DNA of 64,000 nt from Alphaproteobacteria bacterium (GTDB lineage: Bacteria > Pseudomonadota > Alphaproteobacteria > Bin95). Positions 46,302 through 56,518 of this stretch are shown here, piece after piece. A program made the position numbers and the translations under genes. Within the stretch, counting starts at the first letter, position 1. Each line of letters opens with the position of its first letter. Under the pieces are notes generated by a model. The model made no database searches, was not told the origin of the DNA, and was given only the letters and a program-made list of their open reading frames with translations. The stretch covers positions 448,001 to 512,000 of the forward strand of contig CAXXWS020000003.1 in assembly GCA_963665325.3 (NCBI GenBank). Direction: 5' to 3'.

Positions 46302-48539
46302 ATGAACCGGGATGCACTGCGCTATCACGAAGCGGGCAGGCCGGGAAAACTGGCCATCCGCCCGACCAAGCCGCTGGCTAACCAGCGCGACCTGTCGCTG
46401 GCCTACACGCCGGGCGTCGCCGAGGCGAGCAGGGCGGTTGCCGAACGGCCGGATGATGCGGCGCGCTACACGGCGCGGTCCAACCTGGTGGCGGTGGTGA
46501 CGAACGGCTCCGCGGTGCTCGGGCTCGGCAATATCGGCGCGTTGGCCGCCAAGCCGGTCATGGAGGGCAAGGCCGTCCTGTTCAAGAAATTTGCCGACAT
46601 CGACGTGTTCGACATCGAGATCGACGAAAGCGATCCCGACGCGTTGGCCGACACGATCCGGCGGCTGGAGCCGACATTCGGCGCCATCAACCTGGAGGAC
46701 ATCAAGGCGCCGGACTGCTTCCTGGTCGAGGACCGGCTGAAGGCGGAGATGAACATTCCCGTCTTCCACGACGACCAGCACCGCACCGCCATCGTCGTGG
46801 CGGCCGCCATCGTCAACGGCATGCATCTGCTCGGCAAGAACCTGGGGCGGGTCAAGCTGGTCTCGACCGGCGGCGGGGCGGCCGGCATAGCCTGCCTGAA
46901 CATGCTGCTCGACCTGGGCGTGAAGCGGGAGAATGTATGGCTGGTGGATATCGACGGGCTGGTCTGCAAGGGGCGCGCCGCCGAACCGCACAAGGCCGCC
47001 TTCGCGCAGGACAGCGACGCCCGTACGCTGGACGAGGTCATCGACGGCGCAGAGATTTTCCTTGGCCTGTCCGGGCCCGGTGTGCTGAACGCGGAGCAGG
47101 TCCGGCGCATGGGCCCCGACCCGATGGTGATGGCGCTTGCCAATCCGGTGCCGGAGATCATGCCGGAAGAGGTCCGCGCTGTGCGCCCGGACGCAATCGT
47201 CCTCACCGGCCGGAGCGATTATCCCAATCAGGTCAACAATGTGCTCTGTTTTCCGTTCATCTTCCGCGGGGCGCTCGATGTCGGCGCGACCGGGATCGAC
47301 CGCAATATGGAGCTCGCCAGCGTCCGGGCGCTGGCGGAGCTGGCGCGCGAGGGCATCACCGACGAGGTCGCGCGCGCCTATGGCGACCGGCGGCTGCAGT
47401 TCGGCCGCGACTATCTGCTGCCGAGGCCGTTCGATCCGCGGCTCCTCGGCGCCATTGCGCCGGCGGTCGCCGGGGCCGCTATGGAGAACGGCCTCGCGTC
47501 GCGGCCGCTGGCCGACGTCGAGGCCTACCGCGCGCGGCTTTCCAGCTTCGTTTACCGCACCGGTTTCCTGATGCGGCCGATCTTCGACAGTGCGCGGGCG
47601 GCGCCGCGCAGGGTGGTCTTCGCCGAGGGCGAGGACGACCGCGTGCTGCGGGCGATCCGGAACGTGCTCGACGAGGGCGTTGCGGTTCCCGTCGCCACCG
47701 GGCGTCCCGACCGGATTGCGGCGCGCTGCGCGGAAATGGGCCTGGGCATCGCGCCCGGACGGGACTTCGAGGTGTTCGACCACGGGTGCGAGGAAACGGT
47801 CGAGGAATACGGTGCGAGGCTCCACAGCCTTCGCGCTCGTGAGGGTATAGGGCCGGACGACGCCCGCAAGCTCTTCCGCTCCAGCGACACGCTGGCTTCG
47901 GCGATGTATGTCCGCGAGGGCGGTGCGGCCAGCACGATCTGCGGCACCGACGGACACTTCCCGACCCATCTGGAACGCATCCAGCGGGTTCTCGGCACCG
48001 GCGCCGAGACGGTCTCCACCCTGGTGCCGCTCATCATGGATGCCGGCACGATCTTCATCGCCGACGGCTATGTGAACTACGAGCCGAACGCCGAGGAGGT
48101 CGCCGGGATTTGCCACATGGCAGCGGCGCAGGTGCGCGCCCTCGGCCTGACGCCGCGGGTTGCGCTGGTCAGCCACACCAATTTCGGCGCCCATTCCAGC
48201 CTGAGCTCGGACCGGATGCGCCGGGCGACGGAGATTCTCGCGGAGACCGCAGCGGATTTCGAGTTCGAGGGCGAAATGCAGCTGAACCTCGCCTTCGACA
48301 AGGCGGCGCGAGACCGCTTCCTGCCCTGCGCAAGGCTCACCGACCGGGCGAACGTCCTGGTCTTTCCCGGCATGGATGCCGCCAACGCGGCCATCGATGC
48401 GCTGACCACGCTCGGCAATGCGCAGCCGATCGGCCCCCTGCTGCTCGGCTATGGCGGGGCGGCGCATATCGTGACGCCGGCCGTCACGGTGCGCGGCCTG
48501 CTCAATGTCGCCGCCATCGCAAGCGCCGGCAGGGTCTGA
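46302..48539 (+). CDS. maeB: NADP-dependent malic enzyme fused to a PTA domain
   Basis: LSLAYTPGVA, KPVMEGK, INLEDI, TGRSDYPNQVNN and VVFAEGE motifs. Confidence 0.94.
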   Translation: MNRDALRYHEAGRPGKLAIRPTKPLANQRDLSLAYTPGVAEASRAVAERPDDAARYTARSNLVAVVTNGSAVLGLGNIGALAAKPVMEGKAVLFKKFADIDVFDIEIDESDPDALADTIRRLEPTFGAINLEDIKAPDCFLVEDRLKAEMNIPVFHDDQHRTAIVVAAAIVNGMHLLGKNLGRVKLVSTGGGAAGIACLNMLLDLGVKRENVWLVDIDGLVCKGRAAEPHKAAFAQDSDARTLDEVIDGAEIFLGLSGPGVLNAEQVRRMGPDPMVMALANPVPEIMPEEVRAVRPDAIVLTGRSDYPNQVNNVLCFPFIFRGALDVGATGIDRNMELASVRALAELAREGITDEVARAYGDRRLQFGRDYLLPRPFDPRLLGAIAPAVAGAAMENGLASRPLADVEAYRARLSSFVYRTGFLMRPIFDSARAAPRRVVFAEGEDDRVLRAIRNVLDEGVAVPVATGRPDRIAARCAEMGLGIAPGRDFEVFDHGCEETVEEYGARLHSLRAREGIGPDDARKLFRSSDTLASAMYVREGGAASTICGTDGHFPTHLERIQRVLGTGAETVSTLVPLIMDAGTIFIADGYVNYEPNAEEVAGICHMAAAQVRALGLTPRVALVSHTNFGAHSSLSSDRMRRATEILAETAADFEFEGEMQLNLAFDKAARDRFLPCARLTDRANVLVFPGMDAANAAIDALTTLGNAQPIGPLLLGYGGAAHIVTPAVTVRGLLNVAAIASAGRV

Positions 48540-48662
48540 GGCATTCGACGAAGCGGGTCCGCTGCCTCGAGTCCGCTGCATTGACGGCGTTTCGCGGCGG
48601 GGGGCAGAAGGGAAAGCGGCAACGCATTGGAGACGCGCAGACGAGCGACCGGGGAGGACGAA

Positions 48663-49958
48663 ATGCCTGAGGATTCGCACGGAAACAAAGGGCTTTACGC
48701 CTGGTTCGCGGAAAATCCGGACGAGGCCCACCGGCAATTTTTCAAGCCGGCACCGGGATTGAGCCGTCGCGGCTTCTTCGCTGGCGCGGGGCTGGCGGCT
48801 GCGGGCGGACTGCTCGGCATGACGATCCCGTTCTACGCCAACATGCCGCGGGGCCTTGTGCCCGCCGCCTTCGCGGATGAGGACATTCTGGTCGGCAAGG
48901 ACGGCCTGACGCTGCTGAACGACCGGCCGATCAATGCCGAGACGCCGGCGCACCTGCTCGACGATGCGATCACGCCCACCGCCCGGCATTTCATCCGCAA
49001 TAACGGCCTGCCGCCGGAAGATGTCGATGCCGACGGCTGGACGCTCACCGTGGACGGGCTGGTGGAAAACCCGACGACCTTCACCATCGCGGACCTGAAG
49101 GCGCAATTCGAGGTGGTGACCATGGCGCTCACCATCGAATGCGGCGGCAACGGCCGGGCGTTCTTCGACCCGCCGGCCAGGGGCAACCAGTGGACGGTGG
49201 GCGCCGTCGGCTGCTCCGAGTGGACCGGCGTCAGGCTCGCCGACGTCCTGAAGAAGGTCGGGCCGAAGGCGGACGCGGTCTATACCGCCCACTACGGCGC
49301 GGACACCCATCTCTCCGGCAAGGAGGGCAAACTTGCGCTCTCGCGCGGCGTGCCGATCGCCAAGGCCATGACCGACAATGTGCTGATCGCCTTCGCGATG
49401 AACGGCAGACCGCTGCACAGGCAGAACGGTGCGCCACTGCGTCTCGTCGTGCCGGGCTGGACGGGCTCCTGCTCGCAGAAATGGCTGACGCGCATCCGGC
49501 TTCGCGACCGGGTGCATGACGGGCCGAAGATGACGGGCAAGTCCTACCGGGTGCCGCGCTACCCGGTCGCGCCCGGCGACGAGGTGCCGAAGGAGAATTT
49601 CGAGATCGTCGAGCGGATGCCGGTGAAATCCCTCGTGACCTTCCCGGAAAACGCCAGTGCGGCCGGGCGCGAAGTCGAGGTGCGCGGCCACGCATGGTCC
49701 GGCGACCGGGTCGTCGCTGCCGTCGATCTCTCGATCGATTTCGGCGCGACCTGGCTGGCTGCTGCGCTCGACGAGCCGGTAAATCCCGGCGCGTGGCAGA
49801 ACTGGCGCCACACGGTGTCCTTCCCCGAGGCCGGCTATTACGAGGTCTGGGCGCGCGCGACCGACAGCAGGGGCGAGATGCAGCCTTTCGCCATAAGCTG
49901 GAACCCGAAAGGCTATCTCAACAACAGCATGCACCGGGTGGCGCTGCGCGTCGCGTAG
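48663..49958 (+). CDS. Tat-exported sulfite oxidase-family molybdoenzyme
   Basis: SRRGFF Tat motif; FIRNNG, ECGGNGR, GAPLRLVVPGW.G...KW; C-terminal dimerisation domain. Confidence 0.9.
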   Translation: MPEDSHGNKGLYAWFAENPDEAHRQFFKPAPGLSRRGFFAGAGLAAAGGLLGMTIPFYANMPRGLVPAAFADEDILVGKDGLTLLNDRPINAETPAHLLDDAITPTARHFIRNNGLPPEDVDADGWTLTVDGLVENPTTFTIADLKAQFEVVTMALTIECGGNGRAFFDPPARGNQWTVGAVGCSEWTGVRLADVLKKVGPKADAVYTAHYGADTHLSGKEGKLALSRGVPIAKAMTDNVLIAFAMNGRPLHRQNGAPLRLVVPGWTGSCSQKWLTRIRLRDRVHDGPKMTGKSYRVPRYPVAPGDEVPKENFEIVERMPVKSLVTFPENASAAGREVEVRGHAWSGDRVVAAVDLSIDFGATWLAAALDEPVNPGAWQNWRHTVSFPEAGYYEVWARATDSRGEMQPFAISWNPKGYLNNSMHRVALRVA

Positions 49959-50110
49959 GGCAGGGCTCCCATGCGAACCGCTTTCCGCGTTGCCGCGCTG
50001 GGCGCCGAGGCCGTCGAACGCATAGACCCGGTGGTGCGCATCCGGTAGGACGCTGCAGACAGGGCGTTCCGAGCCGGAGCAGCGGCGTTTCCGAACAAGA
50101 GGCATTTCCC

Positions 50111-51460
50111 ATGCACGAGGACCGCCAGGGTGCCCCCATGCGTCGCGCGCTGGCATGGGACAGGCCGGAATTCGACGACCCGGCCGCCATCGACGCCGAG
50201 CTCCGGCGGACGTTCGGCGTCTGTCACGGCTGCCGGCGCTGTTCCGACCTTTGCGACGCCTTCCCGAGATTGTTCGCCCTGGTCGACAAGGCTCCGTCAG
50301 CGGCGCTCGACACGGTCGATTCGGCGGGTTTCAAGTCAGTCGCGGATGCCTGCACGCTCTGCGACATGTGCTTCAAGACCGAATGCCCCTATGTGCCGCC
50401 GCATCCCCTGGAGGTGGACTTTCCGCACCTGATGCTGCGTTACCGGGCGGCCGAGTTCCGGCGCGGCGAGCGACGCTTCGAGGACCGCGAGATCGCGGCG
50501 ACCGACCGCAACGGCCGCCTCGCCGGCATGGCGGCGCCGCTTGCCAACTGGGCGCTGGATGCGGCCAACGAGCCGGTGCGGACACTGATCGAGGGCCTGG
50601 CGGGCGTCCATCGCGAGGCCGCCCTGCCGCGCTTCCACCATCGAAGCCTGCAGCAGCGCGCTATGGCGGGCGCGCCGGCGCTCAACGAGGCCGCCCCCGC
50701 GTTCGGGCGCAGGGCCGCGCTCTACGCCACCTGCCTCGGCAACTACAACGAACCGGAGACCGGGCTCGCCGCCCGCGCCGTCCTGGCCTGGAACGGCGTC
50801 GAGACGCACATCGTCCATCCCGGCTGCTGCGGCATGCCGCAACTGGAGCTGGGCGATATCGAAACGGTGGCCCGGCGCGCCGGGCGGATCGCTGCGGAGC
50901 TGCTGGCGGTCTCCGACGCCGGCTACGATATCGTGGCGCTGATGCCGTCCTGCGCGCTGATGCTGAAACATGAGTGGCCGTTGCTGCTGCCCGACAATGA
51001 CGACGTGGCGCGGCTGGCGCGCTCGGTGTTCGACCTCAGCGAGTATGTCGTCGACATCGCCCGGCGGGAGGGGCTGGCGAAGGGGCTGAAACCGCTGGAC
51101 GGTCCGGTCGCGATCCATATCGCCTGCCATGCCCGCGCCCAGAGCATGGGCCGCAAGGCGGCAGACCTGCTGGCGCTCATTCCCGACACGGTCGTAGAGG
51201 TAATCGAGCGCTGCTCCGGCCACGGCGGCGCCTGGGGTTGCCTGAGGGGGAATTTCGAGACGGCGCTGCGGCTCGGGCGCCCGACAGCCAAGCGCGCGCT
51301 TGAGTCCGGCGGCCATGTCGCGTCCGAATGCCCGCTTGCCGGCCTGCATATCGCGCAGGGCATGGGGCGGCTCGCTCCCGACGGCGCGGCCCGGACGGTG
51401 GAGCACCCGATCCGGCTTCTCGCCCGCGCCTATGGTCTCGGGGAAGGCGCCGCACCTTGA
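50111..51460 (+). CDS. GlpC/heterodisulfide-reductase-like Fe-S protein
   Basis: CHGCRRC..LC and CTLCDMC...CP clusters; CCG-domain motifs GCCGMP and RCSG. Confidence 0.85.
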   Translation: MHEDRQGAPMRRALAWDRPEFDDPAAIDAELRRTFGVCHGCRRCSDLCDAFPRLFALVDKAPSAALDTVDSAGFKSVADACTLCDMCFKTECPYVPPHPLEVDFPHLMLRYRAAEFRRGERRFEDREIAATDRNGRLAGMAAPLANWALDAANEPVRTLIEGLAGVHREAALPRFHHRSLQQRAMAGAPALNEAAPAFGRRAALYATCLGNYNEPETGLAARAVLAWNGVETHIVHPGCCGMPQLELGDIETVARRAGRIAAELLAVSDAGYDIVALMPSCALMLKHEWPLLLPDNDDVARLARSVFDLSEYVVDIARREGLAKGLKPLDGPVAIHIACHARAQSMGRKAADLLALIPDTVVEVIERCSGHGGAWGCLRGNFETALRLGRPTAKRALESGGHVASECPLAGLHIAQGMGRLAPDGAARTVEHPIRLLARAYGLGEGAAP

Positions 51461-52113
51461 TCGCCGATCTCTTCAGAGCCTTTGCGCAGCTTTCGGACAG
51501 CCGCTTCCGGCGGGTCGTGCTGTTTTCCTGCCTGCTGGCCGCACTCTTGCTGGCTGCGCTGGCGGCAGGCGCCGGCTGGGCGCTTGGCGGGCTCACCGGC
51601 ATTGGCTGGCTGGACATTGCGGCGGGCCTCGCCGGCGGAGTCGCCGCATTCGCGGCCGCAGCGATGCTGTTCCCGGCGGCCGCCGCTGCGCTGCAGGGGC
51701 TTTTCCTGGAAAGCGCCGTGCGCGCCGTCGAGGCCCGGCACTATCCGAATCTCGGGGCGCCCAATGCGCAGGCCTGGAGCGAGACGCTCCGCCAGACGCT
51801 CTTCTTCGTCGGCGCGGCGCTCGGTCTGAACCTCTTGCTGCTGCCGGTGTGGCTTTTCGCGCCGCCGCTGGGCCTGCTGCTCTTCTGGCTCCTGAACGGC
51901 TGGCTCTGCGGACGGGAATATTTCGAGGCCGCCGCGCTGCGCCGTCTCGATGCGGAGGCCGCGCGCGTGCTCCGCCGCCGCCACGCTTTTCGGATATGGC
52001 TCTCGGGCATCTTCGTCGCCTGGCTGATGACCGTGCCGTTCGTCAATCTGGCCGCGCCTGCGCTCGGCACGGCTTTCATGCTGCACCGCTTCGAGCGCCT
52101 GCGGACGCTGTGA
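51457..52113 (+). CDS. EI24/CysZ-like membrane protein
   Basis: AVEARHYP, NGWLCGREYFE and VPFVNLAAP motifs. Confidence 0.8.
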   Translation: MIADLFRAFAQLSDSRFRRVVLFSCLLAALLLAALAAGAGWALGGLTGIGWLDIAAGLAGGVAAFAAAAMLFPAAAAALQGLFLESAVRAVEARHYPNLGAPNAQAWSETLRQTLFFVGAALGLNLLLLPVWLFAPPLGLLLFWLLNGWLCGREYFEAAALRRLDAEAARVLRRRHAFRIWLSGIFVAWLMTVPFVNLAAPALGTAFMLHRFERLRTL

Positions 52114-52139
52114 ACGGCCGGCCGGGCCCTCAACGTCCC

Positions 52140-53216
52140 TCAGATATGCCGCACGTTCTCCGGGGCGGGGGCGATTTCCTTGCGTTCGACGCGTTTTACC
52201 ACCTCGACGATGGCGCGATTGGCGTCGGCGGGAAGGCCCAGGCGTTCGCCGTAATCCACCACCAGCCCGTTGAGATAGTCGATCTCCGTGCGCCGGCCCT
52301 TCTGGATGTCCTGGCCCATGGAGGGGCGCTGGCCGCCCGAGCGGCCCTGGGCGTTGCGCTCCAGAACCTCCTCGATCTCCGTCATCGCCTCATTGCTGCC
52401 TTCGGCCGCCTCGGCGACGCGCTCCGGCTCCATGCCGTAGAGTTTCTCCAGGGTGAAACCGTGCGCGAGCCCGATGCGGATCGCCTCGCCGGCAATGCGG
52501 ATCGCAAGGCGGCGCGTGTAATCGAGCCGGTCCGCGTCGTTGCCGCCGAGGCCGGTCGCCGCCGACATCGGGTTGCGCATGGAGTTGATGACCAGCTTCG
52601 ACCAGCGCTCGCCCCAGAGGTTGGGGGTGGCTATGGCGCTGTCTACATGGGAGAGCATCTCGGCGATCGACCGCGCGCGGTTCGTGACCCGGCCGTGCGG
52701 TTCGCCCACGCGGAAGACGGTATGCCGCTCGCCGCCGAGCTGCACATTGCGGCGCACTTCGCCCGGCGCATGCAGTTCCACCGCGATCAGGCTCGCAATG
52801 GCGCCCAGAGTCTTGCCCCAGCCGACCACGCTGGCGACCCGCTCCTCGTTGATGCCGTTCTGGAGCGAGACGACGAAACCGGCCGGCGCCAGATATTGCC
52901 GGATCATCTCCGTCGCCCAGACCGTGTCGTAGGATTTGGCGCAGATGAACGCGATATCCACCGGGCGCTCGCGTGAAAGCCTTTCCAGTTCGGTGATGTG
53001 CCAGGCCTCGACCGGCTGCACGAAACATTCGGGTTCGGTCATGCCGGTGAGCTTCAGCCCGTCTCGGCGCATCGTCTCGACATGCTCGGGCCAGAAATCG
53101 ACCAGGATCGGCGCATATCCCGCTCGCGTCAGATGGCCGCCGACATGGGAGCCGACGGCCCCGGCGCAGACAATCGCGATCTTGGGCGCGCCGTCGGGCG
53201 CGGTCTTGCTGTTCAT
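52140..53216 (-). CDS. Ketopantoate reductase family protein
   Basis: AGAVG, KSYDT, SLQNG, WSKL and SMGQD...RRTEIDYLNG motifs. Confidence 0.88.
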   Translation of the reverse strand: MNSKTAPDGAPKIAIVCAGAVGSHVGGHLTRAGYAPILVDFWPEHVETMRRDGLKLTGMTEPECFVQPVEAWHITELERLSRERPVDIAFICAKSYDTVWATEMIRQYLAPAGFVVSLQNGINEERVASVVGWGKTLGAIASLIAVELHAPGEVRRNVQLGGERHTVFRVGEPHGRVTNRARSIAEMLSHVDSAIATPNLWGERWSKLVINSMRNPMSAATGLGGNDADRLDYTRRLAIRIAGEAIRIGLAHGFTLEKLYGMEPERVAEAAEGSNEAMTEIEEVLERNAQGRSGGQRPSMGQDIQKGRRTEIDYLNGLVVDYGERLGLPADANRAIVEVVKRVERKEIAPAPENVRHI

Positions 53217-53248
53217 GGAAACTCCGGAAATTTGCGGGGGGCCACGCG

Positions 53249-54106
53249 TCAGGAGGGCCGGTCGCCCTCTATCGTGCAGCGGTGCATGCGGCGGCGGTAG
53301 CCGTGATAGTCGTTGAGCGCAAAATGGTGCGTGCAGCGATTGTCCCAGAGCGCGACGGAGCCCGGCTCCCAGCGGAACCGGCAGGTGAATTCGGGCCGCG
53401 CGATATGCTCGCACAGCCAGTCTATCCAGGGCCGGCTCTCGGCCTCGGTCCAGCCCTCGAAGCGCATCGTGTGGGCGCGGTTGAGATAGAGCGCCTTCTC
53501 GCCAGTGTCGGGATGGGTGCGGACCACCGGATGCCAGGCTTCCAGCGTTTCCTCCTCGTCGAGGCCGGTTGCGGCCATCGCACCCTTGAACTTGCTGAAC
53601 TGCCCGGACCGCCCGCCGTCGGCATAGCGGATTTTCGCGCTGGAAAGCCCCCGAAGCCCCGCAAGCGCCGCCTTCATGCCGTCCGAGAGCGCGTCATAGG
53701 CGAGCGTGGTGTTGGCGAACAGCGTATCGCCGCCCTGCGGCGGCGTCTCGACGGCGTAGAGCAGGGTGCCGAGCGGCGGCTTCTCCAGATAGGTGGTGTC
53801 GGAATGCCAGAGGCCGCCGAAATTGAAGGTCTCCTCCGGCTCCTTGACGATCGGGATCACCTCCGGGCATTCCTCCAGCCCGGCAACGAACGGATAGCGG
53901 TTGCAGGGGCCGAACCGGGCGGCGAAGTCGCGCTGGCTGCGCGGCGCGAGCGGCTGGGCGCGGAAGAAGATCACCTGGTATTCGAGGAAGGCGCGGCGAA
54001 TTTCGTCGAAAACGCTGTCCGCCAGCGGCCCGGATATATCCACGCCGGCGATTTCGGCCCCGAGCGCGCCTGCGACCGGCGCAACCTCGATTTCGCGATA
54101 TTCCAT
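53249..54106 (-). CDS. TauD/TfdA-family dioxygenase
   Basis: WHSD, GGDTLF, HPVVRTHP and WDNRCTHH motifs. Confidence 0.92.
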   Translation of the reverse strand: MEYREIEVAPVAGALGAEIAGVDISGPLADSVFDEIRRAFLEYQVIFFRAQPLAPRSQRDFAARFGPCNRYPFVAGLEECPEVIPIVKEPEETFNFGGLWHSDTTYLEKPPLGTLLYAVETPPQGGDTLFANTTLAYDALSDGMKAALAGLRGLSSAKIRYADGGRSGQFSKFKGAMAATGLDEEETLEAWHPVVRTHPDTGEKALYLNRAHTMRFEGWTEAESRPWIDWLCEHIARPEFTCRFRWEPGSVALWDNRCTHHFALNDYHGYRRRMHRCTIEGDRPS

Positions 54107-54131
54107 CGCCTCCCCCGGGCGGGCGCGAAGC

Positions 54132-54206
54132 TGGAGCGGGCGATGGGGATCGAACCCACGGCACTCGGCTTGGGAAGCCGATGCTCTACCACTGAGCTAC
54201 GCCCGC
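54132..54206 (-). tRNA. tRNA-Gly (CCC)
   Basis: 75-nt cloverleaf: acceptor GCGGGCG/CGCCCGC, anticodon arm TCGGC-TTCCCAA-GCCGA, T-loop TTCGATC, encoded CCA. Confidence 0.97.
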
Positions 54207-54217
54207 TTCCGTCCGCC

Positions 54218-54245
54218 ATTCTGCCGGGGCTGCCCTGCCTGTCAA
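54218..54245 (-). promoter_or_regulatory. Putative sigma70 promoter of tRNA-Gly
   Basis: TTGACA-N16-CAGAAT just upstream of the tRNA. Confidence 0.7.
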
Positions 54246-54315
54246 CCGGGCGCTTCCCCTCGCCTCCTTCTCTCATATAGTCTTCATCCTATCGTTGAAC
54301 CGACGCCCGGCTGGC

Positions 54316-55059
54316 ATGCTCGCCACCTCATTCAGGACTGCAATTGTGGTTGCGTTGGTTGCCGCGCTGACGGCGCTCCCGGCTGCGGCCGGTCCACTGG
54401 ATGCTGCCCGCGCCGCGTGGACCGAGGGCCGGTTCCTCGAAGCCGCCGATATGGGCGAGGCGGCCGGCGGCGCGAAGGGCTTTGCGCTCGCGGCAGAGGC
54501 ATTGGCGGTACAAGCTATATTCCGGTCTGCGGAGGCGGACCGGCCGGCCCTGTTCGAACGCGGGCTCGGGCTTGTGGCCCGCGCCGTGGAGGCTGGCCCG
54601 GACGCGGCCTTTGCCCATATTGCCGCCGCCCGCGTGATGGGCCGACATGGTCAGACGCTGACCGGGGGAGAGGCCAAGGAACGGGGCTATGCGGAGAAGA
54701 TCCGCGATGCGCTGGAACGCGCGCTGGAGCTGGAGCCGGATTCGGTGGCCGCGCTCACGGGGCTGGCAGGCTGGAACGCGGGAGTAGTGGAGGCCGCAGG
54801 TTCCTTTCTGGCCAGGATCGCCTTCGGTGCGCGCGAGAAGACCGTCCACGAACTGTTCGACCGGGTCTTTGCGCTCGCGCCCGGGGGGAAAGTCCCCCTC
54901 TTCGAGTATGCGCTTGCGCTGCGGAAGCTGGACGGCGACATGGGCCGCGTCCGAAGCCTGCTCCGACAGGCCATGGCGGTGCCGGCGAAAAACGCCTATC
55001 AGCGCATCGTCGATGAGCGCGCGGCCGCCCTTCTCGCCGAAATCGAAGCCGACGGCTGA
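54316..55059 (+). CDS. Exported alpha-helical (TPR-like) hypothetical protein
   Basis: Signal peptide; RALELEPD repeat-like segments. Confidence 0.65.
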   Translation: MLATSFRTAIVVALVAALTALPAAAGPLDAARAAWTEGRFLEAADMGEAAGGAKGFALAAEALAVQAIFRSAEADRPALFERGLGLVARAVEAGPDAAFAHIAAARVMGRHGQTLTGGEAKERGYAEKIRDALERALELEPDSVAALTGLAGWNAGVVEAAGSFLARIAFGAREKTVHELFDRVFALAPGGKVPLFEYALALRKLDGDMGRVRSLLRQAMAVPAKNAYQRIVDERAAALLAEIEADG

Positions 55060-55077
55060 CGGTCCCGGGCTGCGCGA

Positions 55078-55533
55078 TCAGCCTTCGATCACTTGACGGT
55101 AGCGGGCGAGCCACCCGGCAGCGAGCGCGGCCCCGTCTGCGCCCATGTCATAGGCGGGCGACACCACCATTTCCGCGGCGGTGACGGCGATCTCGAACAC
55201 CCCGCACATCCGGGGCTGCAGGTCCGGCCATTCGGTGAAATGCGGCAGGAGGGCGTCGAACTCCGGCGCGCCGCGCGCATGGTAGGAGCCCCGGCCGCGC
55301 GCCCGCACCGCCTTGCGGCGGAACACATCGACGAAGCAGAGCTCGCAGGCCGGATTGGCGGCGAGGTTGCGCCGTGTGCCGGGCGAGCGCAGGTCCGAGA
55401 AGACAAGCCGCGCCGGGTCGAGCACGACGACGGTCGCCTTGGGAGAGACCGCAGGCTCGCCCTCCGGCGTCACCGTCGCCACCAGCGCCAGCGTGTTCTC
55501 CCGGACCAGTGCCGTCATTTCGGGCGTGAGCAT
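55078..55533 (-). CDS. Pyridoxamine 5'-phosphate oxidase-like FMN-binding protein
   Basis: VATVTPEGEPAVSPK; SPGTRRNLAANP. Confidence 0.8.
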   Translation of the reverse strand: MLTPEMTALVRENTLALVATVTPEGEPAVSPKATVVVLDPARLVFSDLRSPGTRRNLAANPACELCFVDVFRRKAVRARGRGSYHARGAPEFDALLPHFTEWPDLQPRMCGVFEIAVTAAEMVVSPAYDMGADGAALAAGWLARYRQVIEG

Positions 55534-55634
55534 GGAAACCGGTCTCCTTCGGGGCGCCGCAGCGCGCGGCGGGCTTGGACCGCGGCCGGAATTGGATATA
55601 GGCTCGCGCCGTCATCGTGGGAAGGAGAGGATAT

Positions 55635-56489
55635 ATGAGCGGCTTCCAGCGCATCGAGGTCAAGCCGGTTGCAGGCGCCCTCGGCGCCGAGGTGGGCGGC
55701 GTCGACCTGGCGGATGTCGATGAAGAGACCTTCGGCGAGATCCGCCGTGCGCTGCACGAAAACCTGGTGATCTTCTTTCGCGACCAGGACATCGCGCCGG
55801 ACCAGCAGCTCGCCTTCGCGCGGCGCTGGGGAGACATCCACCTGCATCCTTTCATGAAGGGCATGGACGACTACCCGGAACTTCTCGAAATCAAGAAGAC
55901 GCCGGCAGACTCGCGGAATTTCGGCGGCGCCTGGCATTCGGACCAGATGTTCTCGCCGCAGCCCGCCATGGGCACCATCCTCTACGCCAAGCAGGTGCCG
56001 TCAAAAGGCGGCGACACGCTGTTCACCAACCAGTATCTCGCCTACGAGACGCTCTCGGACGGCCTCAAGGAGGCGCTTGCGGGTCTGCGGGCCATCTCGG
56101 TCGGCGACCGGTTCAAGAGTGCCGGCGGCAAGACGCGCAAGGAAATGTATGCCGGCCGCACCTCGATGCAGGTCAAGGACCCCGGCAATGTGCAGACCAC
56201 TTCCTCCCATCCGGTGGTGCGCACCCACCCCGAGACCGGACGCAAGGCGCTTTATGTCGGCGGCCACTGCCAGCATTTCGACGGGCTGACGGATGCCGAG
56301 AGCGAGCCGCTGCTCGACTATCTGCGCAGCCATTCCATAAAGCCGGAATTCCAGTGCCGTTTCCGCTGGGAGAAGGGGTCGATCGCCTTCTGGGACAATC
56401 GTTGCACCCAGCACTATGCGCTCGACGACTATCCGGGCGAGACCCGCATCATGCACCGCGTCACCATCTGCGGCGACGCGCCGGTCTGA
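55635..56489 (+). CDS. TauD/TfdA-family dioxygenase
   Basis: WHSD, GGDTLF, HPVVRTHPETG and WDNRCTQH motifs. Confidence 0.92.
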   Translation: MSGFQRIEVKPVAGALGAEVGGVDLADVDEETFGEIRRALHENLVIFFRDQDIAPDQQLAFARRWGDIHLHPFMKGMDDYPELLEIKKTPADSRNFGGAWHSDQMFSPQPAMGTILYAKQVPSKGGDTLFTNQYLAYETLSDGLKEALAGLRAISVGDRFKSAGGKTRKEMYAGRTSMQVKDPGNVQTTSSHPVVRTHPETGRKALYVGGHCQHFDGLTDAESEPLLDYLRSHSIKPEFQCRFRWEKGSIAFWDNRCTQHYALDDYPGETRIMHRVTICGDAPV

Positions 56490-56518
56490 CCGGGCCGGCG
56501 ACACGTCGGGAGCATCTC

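Noticed and set aside
46053-50156. 1367-aa minus-strand ORF and other long antisense ORFs
   Set aside because: High-GC shadow frames of well-supported genes; no recognisable motifs.
54132-54206. Integrative element at tRNA-Gly
   Set aside because: No integrase and no duplicated tRNA 3' end found in the window.
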